This document shows positions 1 through 11,560 of a stretch of 64,000 bases of DNA, piece after piece; the stretch's first letter is position 1, and every line of letters begins with the position of its first letter. Under the pieces are notes generated by a model. That model was not told the origin of the DNA. It ran no database searches and saw only the letters and a list, made by a program, of their open reading frames with translations. The position numbers and the translations under genes were made by a program. Source of the DNA: Vulcanimicrobiota bacterium (GTDB lineage: Bacteria; Vulcanimicrobiota; Vulcanimicrobiia; Vulcanimicrobiales; Vulcanimicrobiaceae); assembly GCA_963833095.1 (NCBI GenBank), contig CAWHWQ010000005.1:288001-352000 (forward strand). The letters are read 5' to 3'.

Positions 1-61
1 TCGACACACGCGATCGCCGCTATATCGGCCGCGTGAACTCGTAGTTATCTAAGGAGGCGCC

Positions 62-2010
62 ATGTCCGCTCGCGTGAAGTCGCTACTCATCGCCCTACTT
101 CTCGGCATGGTAGCGAGTGCGATCGCGTTGACGCTCCTCCTCGTCAAGAAGGACGATATCCCGCTCTTCCATCGCGTCACCGATTTGCGGTCGCATTACG
201 CGGCGCTCAATGCGCGCCCCAACTCGGCTTCGGTACCCCTTGGTATGACCGCAGCGACGACAAAAACAGCAAGATCGTCATCATACCGATCGACGAAGTG
301 ACCTTCGGCAGCAACGTTCCCGAGCTTCATCAGTATCCGCTGCCGCGGCATATCTACGGAACGATGCTCAAGCATCTTGCGGCAGCCGGAGCAAAAGTCG
401 TCGCGTTCGATATCGATTTCATCGAGCCTGCGGCCGACCCGACGCAGGATCAAGCCTTCGCGGCGGGCATGCGCGGCATGCCGACGATCCTGGCGTTTCC
501 GATCGATACAACCAGCACCGGGCAACTCGGCATCGAATTGCCGTCCCCGACGCTGATGCCGTACGCCAAAGGCATCGGGTACTCTTCGGTCGATTTTCCC
601 GGCAACGTGCTCATCGGCCAAGCGATGCAGATTCACACCGCTTCAACCGGGCAGTACAGCAACCGCACGTTTTTGTCATTAGCCGCTGCCGGAACCGAAC
701 AGCTCACCGGCCAAACGATCGATATCTCAAAGTTGCCCACCGACGAAGACGGTCGCTTCTTGCTGGTCGTGCCCCGCGTTGCGGTCAAGCAAGTCACGAC
801 CGATCACGGTCAGCAGGTCGAAGAGCACACGCAGGACTTCGTCGCTAATCAGCTCTCGTTCTCGGACGCGTACTCACTGTCGATTCCGGATCTGCGTCAG
901 TCGGTCAACGGCGCGCTCGTCTACATCGGCTACACCGCGCAAGCGCAAGGCGACTTCGCGCACACCGCGCGCTCCGCCGAATTTCCGGGCCTCTTCGCCA
1001 ACGCGCGCCTAGCCGACCAGCTCATGCGCCACATCTATATCACCGAGGCGCCGCTCTGGCTCGAGATTTTGCTGATCGTGTTGCTGCCGCTGGCGATCGC
1101 GCTTGCGTTCAACTTCATGCAGACGCCGATCGCCATCGTCATGTCGCTCGGCGCAACCGTCGTGTATGCCTACGTCAACGAGTCGCTCTTCGTCAAGCGG
1201 CTCTACTGGCTCGACCTCATTCACGTCGTGATTGCGATGGTGACGGCCACGATCTTTGTCGGCATCTATCGCGTGCTTTACGAAGGCGCGCAGCGGCGCA
1301 TGGTCACCAACCTCTTCGGCATGCACGTCAGCCCGGCAATCGTCAGCGACATCCTCTCGCACGAGGATCCGCGCAATGCGCTTGCGCTCAAGGGCAAGAA
1401 GTGCAAGGCCACGATCTTCTACAGCGATATTCGCGGTTTCACCGCGATGTCGGAGAACATGACGCCCGAGGAAATCTACAATCAACTCAACGAGTACTTC
1501 GAAGAGATGTGCGCGATCATCTTCCAGTATGGCGGCTACGTCGATAAGTTCATCGGCGACTGCGTGATGGCGGTCTTCTCGGCGCCGTATCAGACGCCCG
1601 ATGATGCCGCGAACGCGGTGCGCGCGGCGGTCGCGCAGCAGAAAAAGATCCTCGAACTCGCCGAGAAGTGGAAGGCGAGGGCAAGCGCGAGTTCACCGTG
1701 GGCATGGGCGTAAATACCGGCGACGTCGTGATGGGCAATCTCGGTGCGAGCTCAGCGCATGAACTACACCGTCATCGGCGACAACGTCAACCTGGCCGCG
1801 CGGCTCTACAATGTTGCCAAGGCCGGCGAAATCATCATCAGCGACTACACCTATCAGGAAGTCAAAGACTTCGTCGTAGCCGACGAACTCGAACCGGTGA
1901 CCGTCAAAGGCAAGAAGGACCCAATCCGCATCTACAACATCCGCGACGTCAAAGACGCACCGGTACCTGCGACCAATGGTGCGGCAATCACCCAGCCCAC
2001 TCCGGCATAA
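62..2010 (+). CDS. CHASE2-domain class III adenylate/guanylate cyclase (frameshifted in this sequence)
   Basis: AAGGAGG RBS before 62. ORF 298..1713 has a CHASE2-like region (GAKVVAFDIDF), three TM helices and the cyclase motifs ATIFYSDIRGFT and YVDKFIGDCVMAVF. The protein continues in other frames (VGMGVNTGDVVMGNLG at ~1696; MNYTVIGDNVNLAARL, VTVKGK in 1744..2010). About three frame breaks (~240, ~1670, ~1750). Confidence 0.88.
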
Positions 2011-2018
2011 TCTGGGGT

Positions 2019-2792
2019 ATGCCCCCGAGTGTAGAACTCTTCGCCGCTGCGTTCATCGCAAGCGTCTGCGGATCGATGGTGGGTCTGGGCGGCGGCTTCA
2101 TTCTCGTTCCGTTGCTGCGCCTGGTCTTTGCCCTTCCTCCGGCGGAAGCCGCCGGCACGTCGCTGGTGCTCGTTACCGCGAATAGCGCCGCCGGCGCCTT
2201 CACCTATTTCTTGCAGCGCCAAGTCAACGTGCGCCTCGGGCTGATCTTCGCGTGCGGTGGGCTTCCCGGGAGCATTGCCGGCGCGATCGTAACCAAGTAC
2301 ATCTCGGGGCCCGCATTCGATTGGATTTTCAGCGGGTTCTTGCTGTTGATCGCTGCCGACATGATCTTCAACGCGAAACTGCGCGTCGCGGGGCGCGTCG
2401 AGCATCCGGCCGGCGGGTCGAAACCAATGTCGTATCGCGCGGCGGTCGGTCTCGGATTTTTGGTTGGGCTGGTCTCGAGCCTTTTCGGCATCGGCGGCGG
2501 CGTGGTCACCGTTCCCTCGATGCTCTACTTCTCAACGTTGCCTGCGCACGCCATTAGCGCGACTTCGCATTTCGTGCTGATCCTCACCTCGCCAACTGGG
2601 CTCGTCGTGCACGCGTTGCAGCATGACGTCAAAATTTCCGACGTGGTCCCGCTCGTCGCGGGCGGCCTCTTGGGAGGGCCGGTCGGTGCGCGCCTCTCGC
2701 TTCGCCTCAAATCACCGCAACTGCTCATGGTGGTCGGCATTGCTCTCGTGTTCGTGGCGGGCTCGCTCGCGCTGCGCCACCTGATTCACTAA
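2019..2792 (+). CDS. TauE/SafE family sulfite exporter
   Basis: ATG at 2019 in the frame of ORF 1668..2792; duplicated GLGGG/GIGGG motifs and about 8 TM helices. Confidence 0.85.
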   Translation: MPPSVELFAAAFIASVCGSMVGLGGGFILVPLLRLVFALPPAEAAGTSLVLVTANSAAGAFTYFLQRQVNVRLGLIFACGGLPGSIAGAIVTKYISGPAFDWIFSGFLLLIAADMIFNAKLRVAGRVEHPAGGSKPMSYRAAVGLGFLVGLVSSLFGIGGGVVTVPSMLYFSTLPAHAISATSHFVLILTSPTGLVVHALQHDVKISDVVPLVAGGLLGGPVGARLSLRLKSPQLLMVVGIALVFVAGSLALRHLIH

Positions 2793-3382
2793 TGGTGCCG
2801 CAACTGCTCGTTTACACGTTGCCTTATTCCCTGGCTTTCTGGACCGTCTTCATCTGCGTTTTTGCGCCGGAATCTGCCATCGCCGCCCGAGGGCGTGAAC
2901 CGTCGGCGACGCCGCAAGATGCGCACTCAAAGAGTATCCTTGTGAGCGGTCAGTTCATCGCGATGGTAACGGGGTTTGCCGTTGCGTTTCTCGCGCGGTC
3001 GGGGTCGCTCGCGCACCCGGTTCGGTGGTTCTGGCTCGGGGTAGCAACCATGGTCGCAGGTAGTCTCGTGCGTTACCATTGCCGGCGGATGCTCGGCTCG
3101 AGTTTCACCGGAGCGGTGATCGTGCGTGACGGTCACGAGGTAATCGAACGCGGGGCGTACCGCTACGTTCGGCACCCGTCGTACACGGCCGCAGCCCTCA
3201 TCTATCTCGGCATCGGATTGGCGCTGGGGAACTGGATCGCGGTGCTGATCATCATGGCAGGCGTCGCGCTCGCCTTCGGTTATCGCGTGAGGGTCGAAGA
3301 ACGCGCTCTGCTGTCGGTCATCGGCGAGCCGTATCGCGACTACATGGCGCGCACGAAACGGTTCGTACCGTTCCTTTGGTAA
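2792..3382 (+). CDS. Isoprenylcysteine carboxylmethyltransferase (ICMT/Ste14) family membrane protein
   Basis: GAYRYVRHPSY motif, EERAL...Y..Y...T.RFVP C-terminus, TM helices; start overlaps the upstream stop. Confidence 0.85.
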   Translation: MVPQLLVYTLPYSLAFWTVFICVFAPESAIAARGREPSATPQDAHSKSILVSGQFIAMVTGFAVAFLARSGSLAHPVRWFWLGVATMVAGSLVRYHCRRMLGSSFTGAVIVRDGHEVIERGAYRYVRHPSYTAAALIYLGIGLALGNWIAVLIIMAGVALAFGYRVRVEERALLSVIGEPYRDYMARTKRFVPFLW

Positions 3383-3392
3383 TGCGTCCTAG

Positions 3393-4856
3393 CTAAGGAA
3401 TACCGCTCCAGACCGGCGGACGGCGTTCGCGCCACGGCTGCGCGCGCTCGAGTTGCCCGGCCAACCGGAAGAGCGTCGCTTCGTCGTCAAAACGCCCGGC
3501 GAACTGTACGCCGACCGGAAGCCCCTCGTCGCTCCAGTGCAGCGGCGCCGACATCGCGGGCGCGCCGGTGAGATTGAAGATCGGCGTGTACGGCAGCCAG
3601 TCGAACATCGGTGCCGAGATATCGCGCGCAGCTTTGCGAATGAGCGCAGGCATCCGCAATCGCGCGAGGACTTCGCATTGGATGATTTCAGCGCGCGTCA
3701 AGGCTAGCTCCCCGATGCGCACCGGCGGTGCCGCCAGCGTCGGCGTAAGGATGATGTCGTAGCGCTCCATAAACGCATCGTAGGCGGCGCGCAGCTTCCG
3801 TTGGGTCACGACCGCGCCGGTTAGTTCGTCGAGCGCCAGCACTTGCGCGATCGTGAGCATCGCAAGCGTCGCCGGCTCGATGTCACCGCGTTTGAGCCGA
3901 TGCTGCGGCGTCGGGTTGCCCGACCCGAGATGCCATCCGATTTGACTTGCAAAGATCAGCAGCAGCGCATAGCTCACATCCCGGTAATCGATGCCTACGG
4001 GCTCGGCCTCGACGACGGTGTGCCCGAGCGACTCGCACAGCGCGGCAACGCGATCGACGGCAGCTCGCGATTGCGCTGAGATTCCGTGCCCGAGGCCCGG
4101 CCCGCGCATGAGCGCAATACGCAGGCGCACGGGATCGCGCTGAGTTTCGTCAAGAAAGCGCGGCCCGGCGTCACTGCGCACGGCATCGAGAAACGCCGCG
4201 CTGTCGCGTACGGTGCGGGAAAGTGCGTGATCGACATTGGCCGAACCAATGATGCCCCCGGTGGTCGGCGCGCGTCCGCGACTGGGTTTGAGTCCAAACA
4301 ATCCCGTGCAACTCGCCGGTATGCGAATCGAACCACCCATGTCGTTGCCGTGCGCGACGGGCACCACACCTGCCGCGCAAAGCGCCGCACTCCCGCCGCT
4401 GGACCCGCCGGGCGTCCGCGCGAGATCCCATGGATTGCGCGTCGGGCCAAATAACGCACTTTCCGTGTAGGGGAGAAGGCCGAACTCCGGCGCCGTCGTC
4501 TTTGCAAAGAGCACGGTTCCGGCGCTCTTCAAGCGCGTTAAGAATTCGTGATCTGCCTGGGGCACATACGAGGCAAAATACCTACTGCCCATCGTCATCG
4601 GCACGCCGGCAAGCGGCGGCCCGAGGTCCTTGACCAGCACGGGCACTCCGGCTAATGGGCCGTCCGCCGCAACGGTCCGCGCGCTCTCGCGCGCGCGTTC
4701 GTAATCGCGAGCGGCAAGCGCATTCAGGCGTGGATTTACCCGGTCCGCTCGCGCAATCGCCTCGTCGAGCACTTCGCTAGGCGTAACCTCACGCGCGCGC
4801 ACCGCGCGAGCGATCTCGATCGCGTCGCTGCGATCGTAAAAATCGCGCAAACTCAT
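3393..4856 (-). CDS. Amidase signature family amidase
   Basis: [40 protein letters not shown] motifs; start chosen at MSLRDF. Confidence 0.92.
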   Translation of the reverse strand: MSLRDFYDRSDAIEIARAVRAREVTPSEVLDEAIARADRVNPRLNALAARDYERARESARTVAADGPLAGVPVLVKDLGPPLAGVPMTMGSRYFASYVPQADHEFLTRLKSAGTVLFAKTTAPEFGLLPYTESALFGPTRNPWDLARTPGGSSGGSAALCAAGVVPVAHGNDMGGSIRIPASCTGLFGLKPSRGRAPTTGGIIGSANVDHALSRTVRDSAAFLDAVRSDAGPRFLDETQRDPVRLRIALMRGPGLGHGISAQSRAAVDRVAALCESLGHTVVEAEPVGIDYRDVSYALLLIFASQIGWHLGSGNPTPQHRLKRGDIEPATLAMLTIAQVLALDELTGAVVTQRKLRAAYDAFMERYDIILTPTLAAPPVRIGELALTRAEIIQCEVLARLRMPALIRKAARDISAPMFDWLPYTPIFNLTGAPAMSAPLHWSDEGLPVGVQFAGRFDDEATLFRLAGQLERAQPWRERRPPVWSGIP

Positions 4857-4982
4857 GTGTCGCACTTGCAAGATAACGATACACTTCCCTGCATTAGGAC
4901 ACTAAGGATCGCTCGCTAGGTAGCCGAAGCATTTTATAGTACCGTTGTCCCTTTTTGTTTTGCCTTTCGAAGGTGGTATGAC

Positions 4983-5645
4983 ATGTCGGATCCGGAGACG
5001 ACGCTGGCGTCGTTAGAGGCTCCTTCGATGATCCGTGTCGACGGCTCGGCACCGGTGATGGCGATCATCGAACACGTGAGCGCGCATGAATGCCGCCTGC
5101 GCGCAGTCAGCGTTTTTGAAATCGGTCAGCGCCTGGACTTTACTGTTTCCGTACACGGCGCACCGACGATCGCGCTCTCCGGCAAAGTCGTCACACGGAA
5201 AGAGAACGGCGCTCGCCACGCTTATGTCCTCGCCCTCGCGACCACGCTCGTGCAGAACGAGGCAATCGCAAAGGCCAACGACGCCGCTCGCCATCGCGCG
5301 AAACACGCCCCGGACGTTCGCACCGAAAACGGCCTCACCCGCGCGGCATTGCGCATCGCCGTCGATTTCGACCTCTTCTACACGCTCTCAGGCGCGACGG
5401 CACGGTCGGCGCGCGCCACCAATATTTCAATCGGCGGCGTATTGATGAACACGACTGCCGAACTTCCGGTCGGCGCGTCCATTGAGATGAAGTTTCCGCT
5501 CGGCGACGAACGCGTCGCCGTTACAGGGCGCATCGTGGCTCACCAGGAGATGAGCCCCAACTACAACGTCGCGTTCTACGAAATGAGCGACGAGGCGCGC
5601 GAGAGTATCAGGCGCTTCATCGAGTATCACAGCAAAGCCGCTTAG
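4983..5645 (+). CDS. PilZ-domain protein (degenerate N-terminal plus intact C-terminal PilZ)
   Basis: RAALR (RxxxR) followed by NISIGG (D/NxSxxG) c-di-GMP-binding motifs; beta-rich pattern. Confidence 0.75.
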   Translation: MSDPETTLASLEAPSMIRVDGSAPVMAIIEHVSAHECRLRAVSVFEIGQRLDFTVSVHGAPTIALSGKVVTRKENGARHAYVLALATTLVQNEAIAKANDAARHRAKHAPDVRTENGLTRAALRIAVDFDLFYTLSGATARSARATNISIGGVLMNTTAELPVGASIEMKFPLGDERVAVTGRIVAHQEMSPNYNVAFYEMSDEARESIRRFIEYHSKAA

Positions 5646-5700
5646 GGATTACTGTCAGGCGGCTTCCCTGTCTTCGCTTGTCTTCTGAAGGTGGAAAGAC

Positions 5701-6368
5701 TTGCCCGATCCTCAATCAGCCGCGCCGGCATCGCTGGAGGCGCCCACGATGGTAAGCGTCGACGGCAACGCGCCCGTCATGGCGATCATCGAATATGCTT
5801 CTCAGAGCGAGTGCCGCATGCGATCGATGAACGTCTTCAATGTGGGCGACCGGCTCGAATTCCCGCTTTCCATTCACGGAACACCGACGATTGCGCTGTC
5901 GGGCACGGTCGTCAATCGCAGGCAAATCGGCCCGCGCTATGCCTACGTGCTCGCGCTGCTGCCGGCGCCCACGCAAGCGGAAGCAATCGTGAAGGCCACC
6001 CAGACCGCGCCGGGGCGGACCCGGCCCATACTCCCGACGTGCATACCGGGGACGGGCTCACGCGCGCAAGCGTTCGCGTTCCCATCGACGCCGAAGTGCG
6101 CTATACGCATTCGGGTTCGCCGTCGCGCGTCGCTCGGGCGACGAACATTTCGACCGGCGGCGTGCTGATGAAGAGCACCGACGAGCTGTCGGTCGGCGCA
6201 TCGATCGAGCTGCAGATTCCCCTTAGTGCCGAACATGTCAGCGTGCACGGACGTATCGTCGCGCACCAGCGGCAGAGTGACAGCTATAACGTCGCCTTCT
6301 ACCACGTGACAAACGAAGCGCACGATATTATCGCGCGCTTCGTTGATTCTCATACTCAGACTGAATAG
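5701..6368 (+). CDS. PilZ-domain protein, tandem paralog (one frameshift near 6010)
   Basis: N-terminal half in ORF 5701..6168 ([22 protein letters not shown]) and C-terminal half in ORF 5691..6368 ([21 protein letters not shown]) both align with 4983..5645. Confidence 0.75.
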
Positions 6369-6418
6369 CAACTGATTTTGTTCGAACGAGGCTGACGAAG
6401 AGCCGGCGGAATCAGTGG

Positions 6419-7862
6419 CTACTTCGGGTAGGTCATCTCTTTCGGAACGACGAACTTGTCGTATTCGTTCGGAGGTGACGTGGCCGAGCTCGAGCGCGGC
6501 TTCTTTGAGCGTGCTCTTCCTGTGATGCGCGTGCTTGGCGATCTCGGCAGCTTTGTCGTAGCCGATGTGCGGCGACAAGCGCCGTCACGACCATCAGCGA
6601 TTCGTCGAGGTACTTCTTGATGACCGTCTTCGTTGGCTTGCGAGCCCTTCGACCGCGTGCTCGCGGAACATCGTGCATCGCGTCGCGCAGCAGCGTCGTC
6701 GAGTGCAGGAAGTTGTAGATCATCACCGGGTTAAAGACGTTGAGTTCGAAGTTGCCCTGCGACGCGCCGAAGCTGATCGCGAGGTCGTTGCCGTACACTT
6801 GCGCGACGACCATCGTCATCGCTTCGGACTGCGTCGGGTTCACCTTGCCCGGCATGATCGAGCTGCCCGGCTCGTTTTCCGGAAGCATGAGCTCGCCGAT
6901 ACCGGCACGCGGGCCCGAGGCGAGCCAGCGAATGTCGTTGGCAATTTTCATCAGCGCGGCAGCCGAGCGTCTTGAGCGCGCCCGAGGCGAAGACGAAATC
7001 GTCGTGCGACGCGAGCGCGGTGAACTTGTTCGGATGCGAACGGAACGGCAGGCCGGTGAGTTCGGCGAGTTTCTTGGCCGTGCGCTCGGCCGAACTCGGG
7101 ATGCGCGTTGAGACCGGTGCCGACGGCGGTGCCGCCGATCGCGAGGTCGTAGAGGTGGTGCAGCGATTCTTTGATCGCGACCATCGCGCGATCGAGCTGC
7201 GTCACGTAGCCGGAGAACTCTTGTCCGAGCGTGAGCGGCGTCGCATCTTGCAAGATGCGTGCGGCCGACTTTGACGATGTGATTCCACTGCTTGGCTTTG
7301 ACGTCGAGCGCGTCGCGCAGCTTCTCGACCGCGGGCAGCATGTCGACCATCGCTTCGGCGGCGGCCATGTGCATCGCGGTCGGGAACGTGTCGTTCGACG
7401 ACTGCGACATGTTCACGTGATCGTTCGGGTGGACCGGCTTCTTCGAACCCATCTCGCCGCCGGCGATCTCGATCGCGCGGTTCGAGATCACTTCGTTGAC
7501 GTTCATGTTGGTCTGCGTGCCCGAGCCGGTCTGCCACACGCGCAGCGGGAAGTGCGCGTCGAGTTTGCCGGCGATGACTTCGTCGGCAGCCTTGCACGAT
7601 CAAGATCGGTCTTCTCTTCGTCGAGTTTGCCGAGATCGTGATTGACGAGCGCGGCGGCCTTTTTCAAGGTCGCCATCGCTTTGATGACTTGCTTCGGCAT
7701 GACGTCGCGCGGCCACGTGCCGTCGCCGATGTCGAAGTGGATGAGCGAACGCGCCGATTGCGCGCCGTAGTACTTGTCGGCCGGGACGTCGATCTTGCCC
7801 ATCGAGTCGGACTCGACGCGCGTTTTGGCCGCCCCGTTGGTGGTGCTGTTTACAGTCGTCAT
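6419..7862 (-). CDS. fumC: Class II fumarate hydratase (multiple frameshifts)
   Basis: [73 protein letters not shown] and [13 protein letters not shown] are spread over four ORF fragments; ends [10 protein letters not shown]. Confidence 0.95.
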
Positions 7863-7953
7863 TGCAACACCTATCTTCACCCTTTTTAGGGATTTCCGGC
7901 CTGGACTTAGGTCGGGGAAGGAACCCCTCTTTGCCAAGCTAACGGACGGTTTG

Positions 7954-9747
7954 ATGCGCTGGAGATTGGTTTCCCTGTCCCTGCTCTCGCTGTCGGTCAC
8001 CCTTTTCGTGACCGCCACGCTCTTCGGCATCGGGGGGCGCCCGTGGTTCGGCTGGTGGGACTCCAATGCGCTCCGCGCTGCACCCTACACCGTGCGAATC
8101 GTCGAGCCCCGTCCGGGCGGCGCGACCGAGCGCGCAGGAATTCGCGGCGGCGACCTCATCGATTTACGCGAGCAGTCGCTCGGATCGCGCATTGCCGTCG
8201 TGTCCCAACTTAGCGCCACGCGTCCGACGATCGTAACCGTCGAGCGGGGCGGCAACCGCTCGATTCATAGCGTCATCGGAAGCACATCGTGGGAAGGTGC
8301 CGCGCAGTGGAAGCTGCCGCCCCAAATCCTCACGTCGATTGCCGCGCTCTGGTTCGGCATTTGCGCCCTCGTGCTGGCGTTGCGCCAATGGTCGCGTCCC
8401 GATGCAAGGCTGCTAATCCTGACGCTCCTGTGCTTCTCGACGCTACTACTGGACCCACGCTACTTCGTTCCGCCTTCAGCGACACTCCAGCTCGTGCTAT
8501 TCATCCTCACGCATGCATGCTTGGCAATTGCTCCGCTGCTGCTGTTGCGTCTTTCGTTTCGCACCGGCCAACCATCGCGCCAGCGTACGATCGTGACATG
8601 CGCGGCGATCACCGTGGTCGGTATCGGTTTTCTCGCCGACGTTGCGGCTGCGACCGGCATTGCAACGCTCTGGTTCGATCCACTGCCGTTTATCTACCGG
8701 GTATCGCCCTTACGCCTCTCGATCGACGTCGTCACGTACGCCTTGGTGGCTCTGGCGGCATTTGCCGCGGTCCGTGCAACACCGGCCGACGAACGGCCGC
8801 GCGCAGCATGGCTGCTACTGCCGCTGCCGATAGCGTTCGTTGCCCACGCCTTCACGCAGACAATCGCCGTCTTTATTACCTCCTGGTTTGTCAACGTCGC
8901 TATCATCAGCGCATCCAACAGTATCTACCTGCTGAGCGCGGGACTCGTCACCTACGCGCTGCTCAAGCGCCGCGTGCTCGACTTCGAATTCGTGCTCAGC
9001 CGCACCGTTGTGGTAGCGACGATTTCGGCGATCGTTGTCGCGTCGTTCATCTTACTCGAATTTGTGCTGAATACGGTGCTCACGGGGGTAAGCCACGCGA
9101 CCGGTCTTGTCGCCAACGCTGCGCTTGCGCTACTGCTCGGGCTCACGCTCAACCCGTTGCACAAACGCGTCGACCAAACCGTCGAGCGCGTGCTCTTTCA
9201 TAAGCGCCACGAGGATGAACGCGCGCTCGTCGAGTTCGGACACGAAGCGGTCTTTGTGACGAATTCAGACGCGCTGCTCGACCGCGCGATCGAGAATCTT
9301 CGCGAGCACACCGACGCGCGCAGCGCCGCGATTTTCGTCGACGGCACCGGGCATTTCGCGGCAGCGCGTTCGTTCGGCGAGGGCGTTCAATCAGCAATCG
9401 ACGAGAATGACGCTGCGGTGCTTGCGCTCAAAGCCCACCACGCGCCGATCGACCCACATCGCTACACGAGCGCGTTGCATGGTGCGCTCGCACTTCCTAT
9501 GCTCGCGCGTGGGCGGTTGCTGGGCGTCGTGCTTTTGGGCGAGCGCTCCGGTGGCGAAGCCTATGCACCGGATGAAATTGCAGCACTCGCGTCGATGTCG
9601 CAGGGTGTCAGCAGCGCCCTTGACGTGCTTGCGGTTGACGATGCGGCGTCTCACACGGCAATCGCCGACGCCATGCGCTCTGAGCTCGCGCCGCTCCGCA
9701 CGCAGCTCGACGCGATCGCTAAGGCGCTGCGCGCCGGGCCGCCTTGA
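7954..9747 (+). CDS. Multi-TM membrane protein with extracellular PDZ-like domain and C-terminal GAF-like domain
   Basis: [16 protein letters not shown] (PDZ-like), many TM segments, [30 protein letters not shown] (GAF-like). Start inferred at MRWRLV. Confidence 0.6.
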   Translation: MRWRLVSLSLLSLSVTLFVTATLFGIGGRPWFGWWDSNALRAAPYTVRIVEPRPGGATERAGIRGGDLIDLREQSLGSRIAVVSQLSATRPTIVTVERGGNRSIHSVIGSTSWEGAAQWKLPPQILTSIAALWFGICALVLALRQWSRPDARLLILTLLCFSTLLLDPRYFVPPSATLQLVLFILTHACLAIAPLLLLRLSFRTGQPSRQRTIVTCAAITVVGIGFLADVAAATGIATLWFDPLPFIYRVSPLRLSIDVVTYALVALAAFAAVRATPADERPRAAWLLLPLPIAFVAHAFTQTIAVFITSWFVNVAIISASNSIYLLSAGLVTYALLKRRVLDFEFVLSRTVVVATISAIVVASFILLEFVLNTVLTGVSHATGLVANAALALLLGLTLNPLHKRVDQTVERVLFHKRHEDERALVEFGHEAVFVTNSDALLDRAIENLREHTDARSAAIFVDGTGHFAAARSFGEGVQSAIDENDAAVLALKAHHAPIDPHRYTSALHGALALPMLARGRLLGVVLLGERSGGEAYAPDEIAALASMSQGVSSALDVLAVDDAASHTAIADAMRSELAPLRTQLDAIAKALRAGPP

Positions 9748-10342
9748 GTCCCTGGACCGTGTCCCCCACCGCGTCCATCCCGGTGATCTCGTAGATCGTC
9801 AGCGGGAACCTGGGATTGAAGCGGCGCCGATCGCAACGCGGGCAACTCGCCGGTTTGCCGGGCCGTTTGCGGCGCAAGACCTCAAACGCGCATTCTTCAC
9901 ACCGCAGGATGTAGCGTTTGCTCGACTCGTTGAGCGGCCGGACATTACCTAGGTCATGATAGATCGAGGTGATCCCGCATTCGCGCATCTTCTTCTTAAA
10001 GCGTGGCCCGTGGCCGGTATCGCGAAAGTGCGTATAGCACCACGCATGAACCATCTCGTGCAGCAGCGTTTCTTCGAGCGCTTGGGGGTACTTGCGAAAA
10101 TGCTTGGGCGAAAGCTCGATCAACAGCGGATGGCCGTAGGTGATGCGGCCGGCCGAATTGGAAAAGCGCGCGTTGTAACGGATGCGACAGTCTGGGATTT
10201 CGCCGTTGAAATGCTGGTAGTTGAGGCGGGCGAACAAGAGTTGGAGATCGGCTTCTAGGGGGAACACGGATGATTGTTTTCGTCTTATGTCCAAACGATT
10301 CTTCGTGCCAGAGCAGAGCGAGCGTGGCCTCCCCCCGCGCAT
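9719..10342 (-). CDS. SprT-like zinc metalloprotease
   Basis: LLHEMVH (HExxH), HGPRFK, C-terminal CEEC/CPRC zinc ribbon; true start may lie downstream of 10342. Confidence 0.85.
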   Translation of the reverse strand: MRGGRPRSLCSGTKNRLDIRRKQSSVFPLEADLQLLFARLNYQHFNGEIPDCRIRYNARFSNSAGRITYGHPLLIELSPKHFRKYPQALEETLLHEMVHAWCYTHFRDTGHGPRFKKKMRECGITSIYHDLGNVRPLNESSKRYILRCEECAFEVLRRKRPGKPASCPRCDRRRFNPRFPLTIYEITGMDAVGDTVQGLKAARRAAP

Positions 10343-10730
10343 CTACCTTCCGATCGTCGCCGCGATCGCCGTCCTCTTCCTTGGATTGATGGGCTATTTG
10401 GTCGCCATCGGCTTCGGCGTGACCGGCTCGGTCTTCGGTAAAAGCGGCAACGGCGCCGTCGGCAGTTCGGCAGGCTCAGCGACGAGCGTCCAAGGCGGTG
10501 GACCGCCGGCCGCTGTGATGGAGCAGCTCTCGACGCTGCGCGCGCGCATCGCCGCGCATCCGAACGACGACGTCGCCATCACCCAGCTCGGCGACGAATA
10601 TCTTGCGGCCGGGAAATTCGCCCAGGCGATTCCCTTCTATCGGCGCGCGCTTGCGATCAACCCGAAGAACGTCGCCGCGCAGACCGGCCTTGCGGAAGCG
10701 CGTGAAAGCGCCCGCGAGGCGCAGCAGTGA
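10287..10730 (+). CDS. Membrane-anchored TPR protein
   Basis: One TM helix, Gly/Ser linker, TPR pattern LGDEYLAAGKFAQAIPFYRRALAINP. Confidence 0.75.
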   Translation: MSKRFFVPEQSERGLPPRIYLPIVAAIAVLFLGLMGYLVAIGFGVTGSVFGKSGNGAVGSSAGSATSVQGGGPPAAVMEQLSTLRARIAAHPNDDVAITQLGDEYLAAGKFAQAIPFYRRALAINPKNVAAQTGLAEARESAREAQQ

Positions 10731-11560
10731 GAATCTATATCAGCGCCGATATGGAAGGCACGGCAGGCGTCGTATCGTGGGCGCAGGTCGATCCCTCGAA
10801 CACGCACGAGTATCCCGTCTACCGGCGCTACATGACGCGCGAGGTTGCCGCCGCAATCGAAGGCGCGCGCGTGTCCGGGGGACGCGAGTTCCTCATAAAC
10901 GACGCGCACTGGAACATGCGCAACCTCCTGTGGGACGAGCTGCCGGAGGACGCGCGCATGATCTCGGGTGCGCGCAAACCGCTTTCGATGGCCCAAGGTG
11001 CGGAGCAACGCTTTGACGCCGCGTTTTTCACTGGTTATCACGCCAAGATCGGCGAGGCAAACGCCGTGCTCTCGCACACTTACAGCGATGCGACGCTGTA
11101 CGACGTGCACGTAAACGGCATCGCGTGCACCGAAGCGTTGCTCAACGCGGCGCTGCTCGGGCTCTACGGCACGCCGGTCGTTCTGGTTACCGGCGATCGC
11201 ACGACGATCGAGAGTGTCGCAAAAACGCTGCCCTGGATCGTCGGCGTCGTGGTCAAGGACGCCATCGGCTATTATAGCGCGAACACGCTTACACCGGCGA
11301 CGGCGTGCGCGGCGATTCGCGAAGGCGCGCGCGAAGCGCTGGTCACGCTCTCACACGCTAAGCCCTTCACGTTCGACGCACCGATCGAGTTGATCATCGA
11401 AACGGTCAAAACTGAACAGGCCGATTTCATGGAACTCCTGCCGCAGGTCGAGCGCATCGGCGGACGTGCGGTTCGCTTTCGCCACAGCGACTACTTCATG
11501 GTCTTTCGCGCGTTCCTGGCCGCAATGCGCCTGGGTGGCGCGGCGAATCTGCCGGCATGA
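10727..11560 (+). CDS. M55 family D-aminopeptidase (DppA-like) 1
   Basis: ISADMEG, INDAH, GYHA, SHT metal-ligand motifs; VTGD. Confidence 0.92.
   Translation: MRIYISADMEGTAGVVSWAQVDPSNTHEYPVYRRYMTREVAAAIEGARVSGGREFLINDAHWNMRNLLWDELPEDARMISGARKPLSMAQGAEQRFDAAFFTGYHAKIGEANAVLSHTYSDATLYDVHVNGIACTEALLNAALLGLYGTPVVLVTGDRTTIESVAKTLPWIVGVVVKDAIGYYSANTLTPATACAAIREGAREALVTLSHAKPFTFDAPIELIIETVKTEQADFMELLPQVERIGGRAVRFRHSDYFMVFRAFLAAMRLGGAANLPA

Noticed and set aside
1668..2792. Apparent cyclase-TauE fusion ORF
   Set aside because: Artefact of a frameshift; the cyclase ends at 2010 and TauE starts at 2019.
4903..4930. Possible sigma28/FliA promoter (TAAG-N16-GCCGAAGC) before the PilZ genes
   Set aside because: Several mismatches to TAAA-N15-GCCGATAA and the spacing is off; too weak in GC-rich DNA.
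6419..7862. fumC (and folD, paaJ and others) as pseudogenes or programmed frameshifts
   Set aside because: Motifs are intact, there are no obvious slippery sites, and the breaks cluster regionally; sequencing error is more parsimonious.
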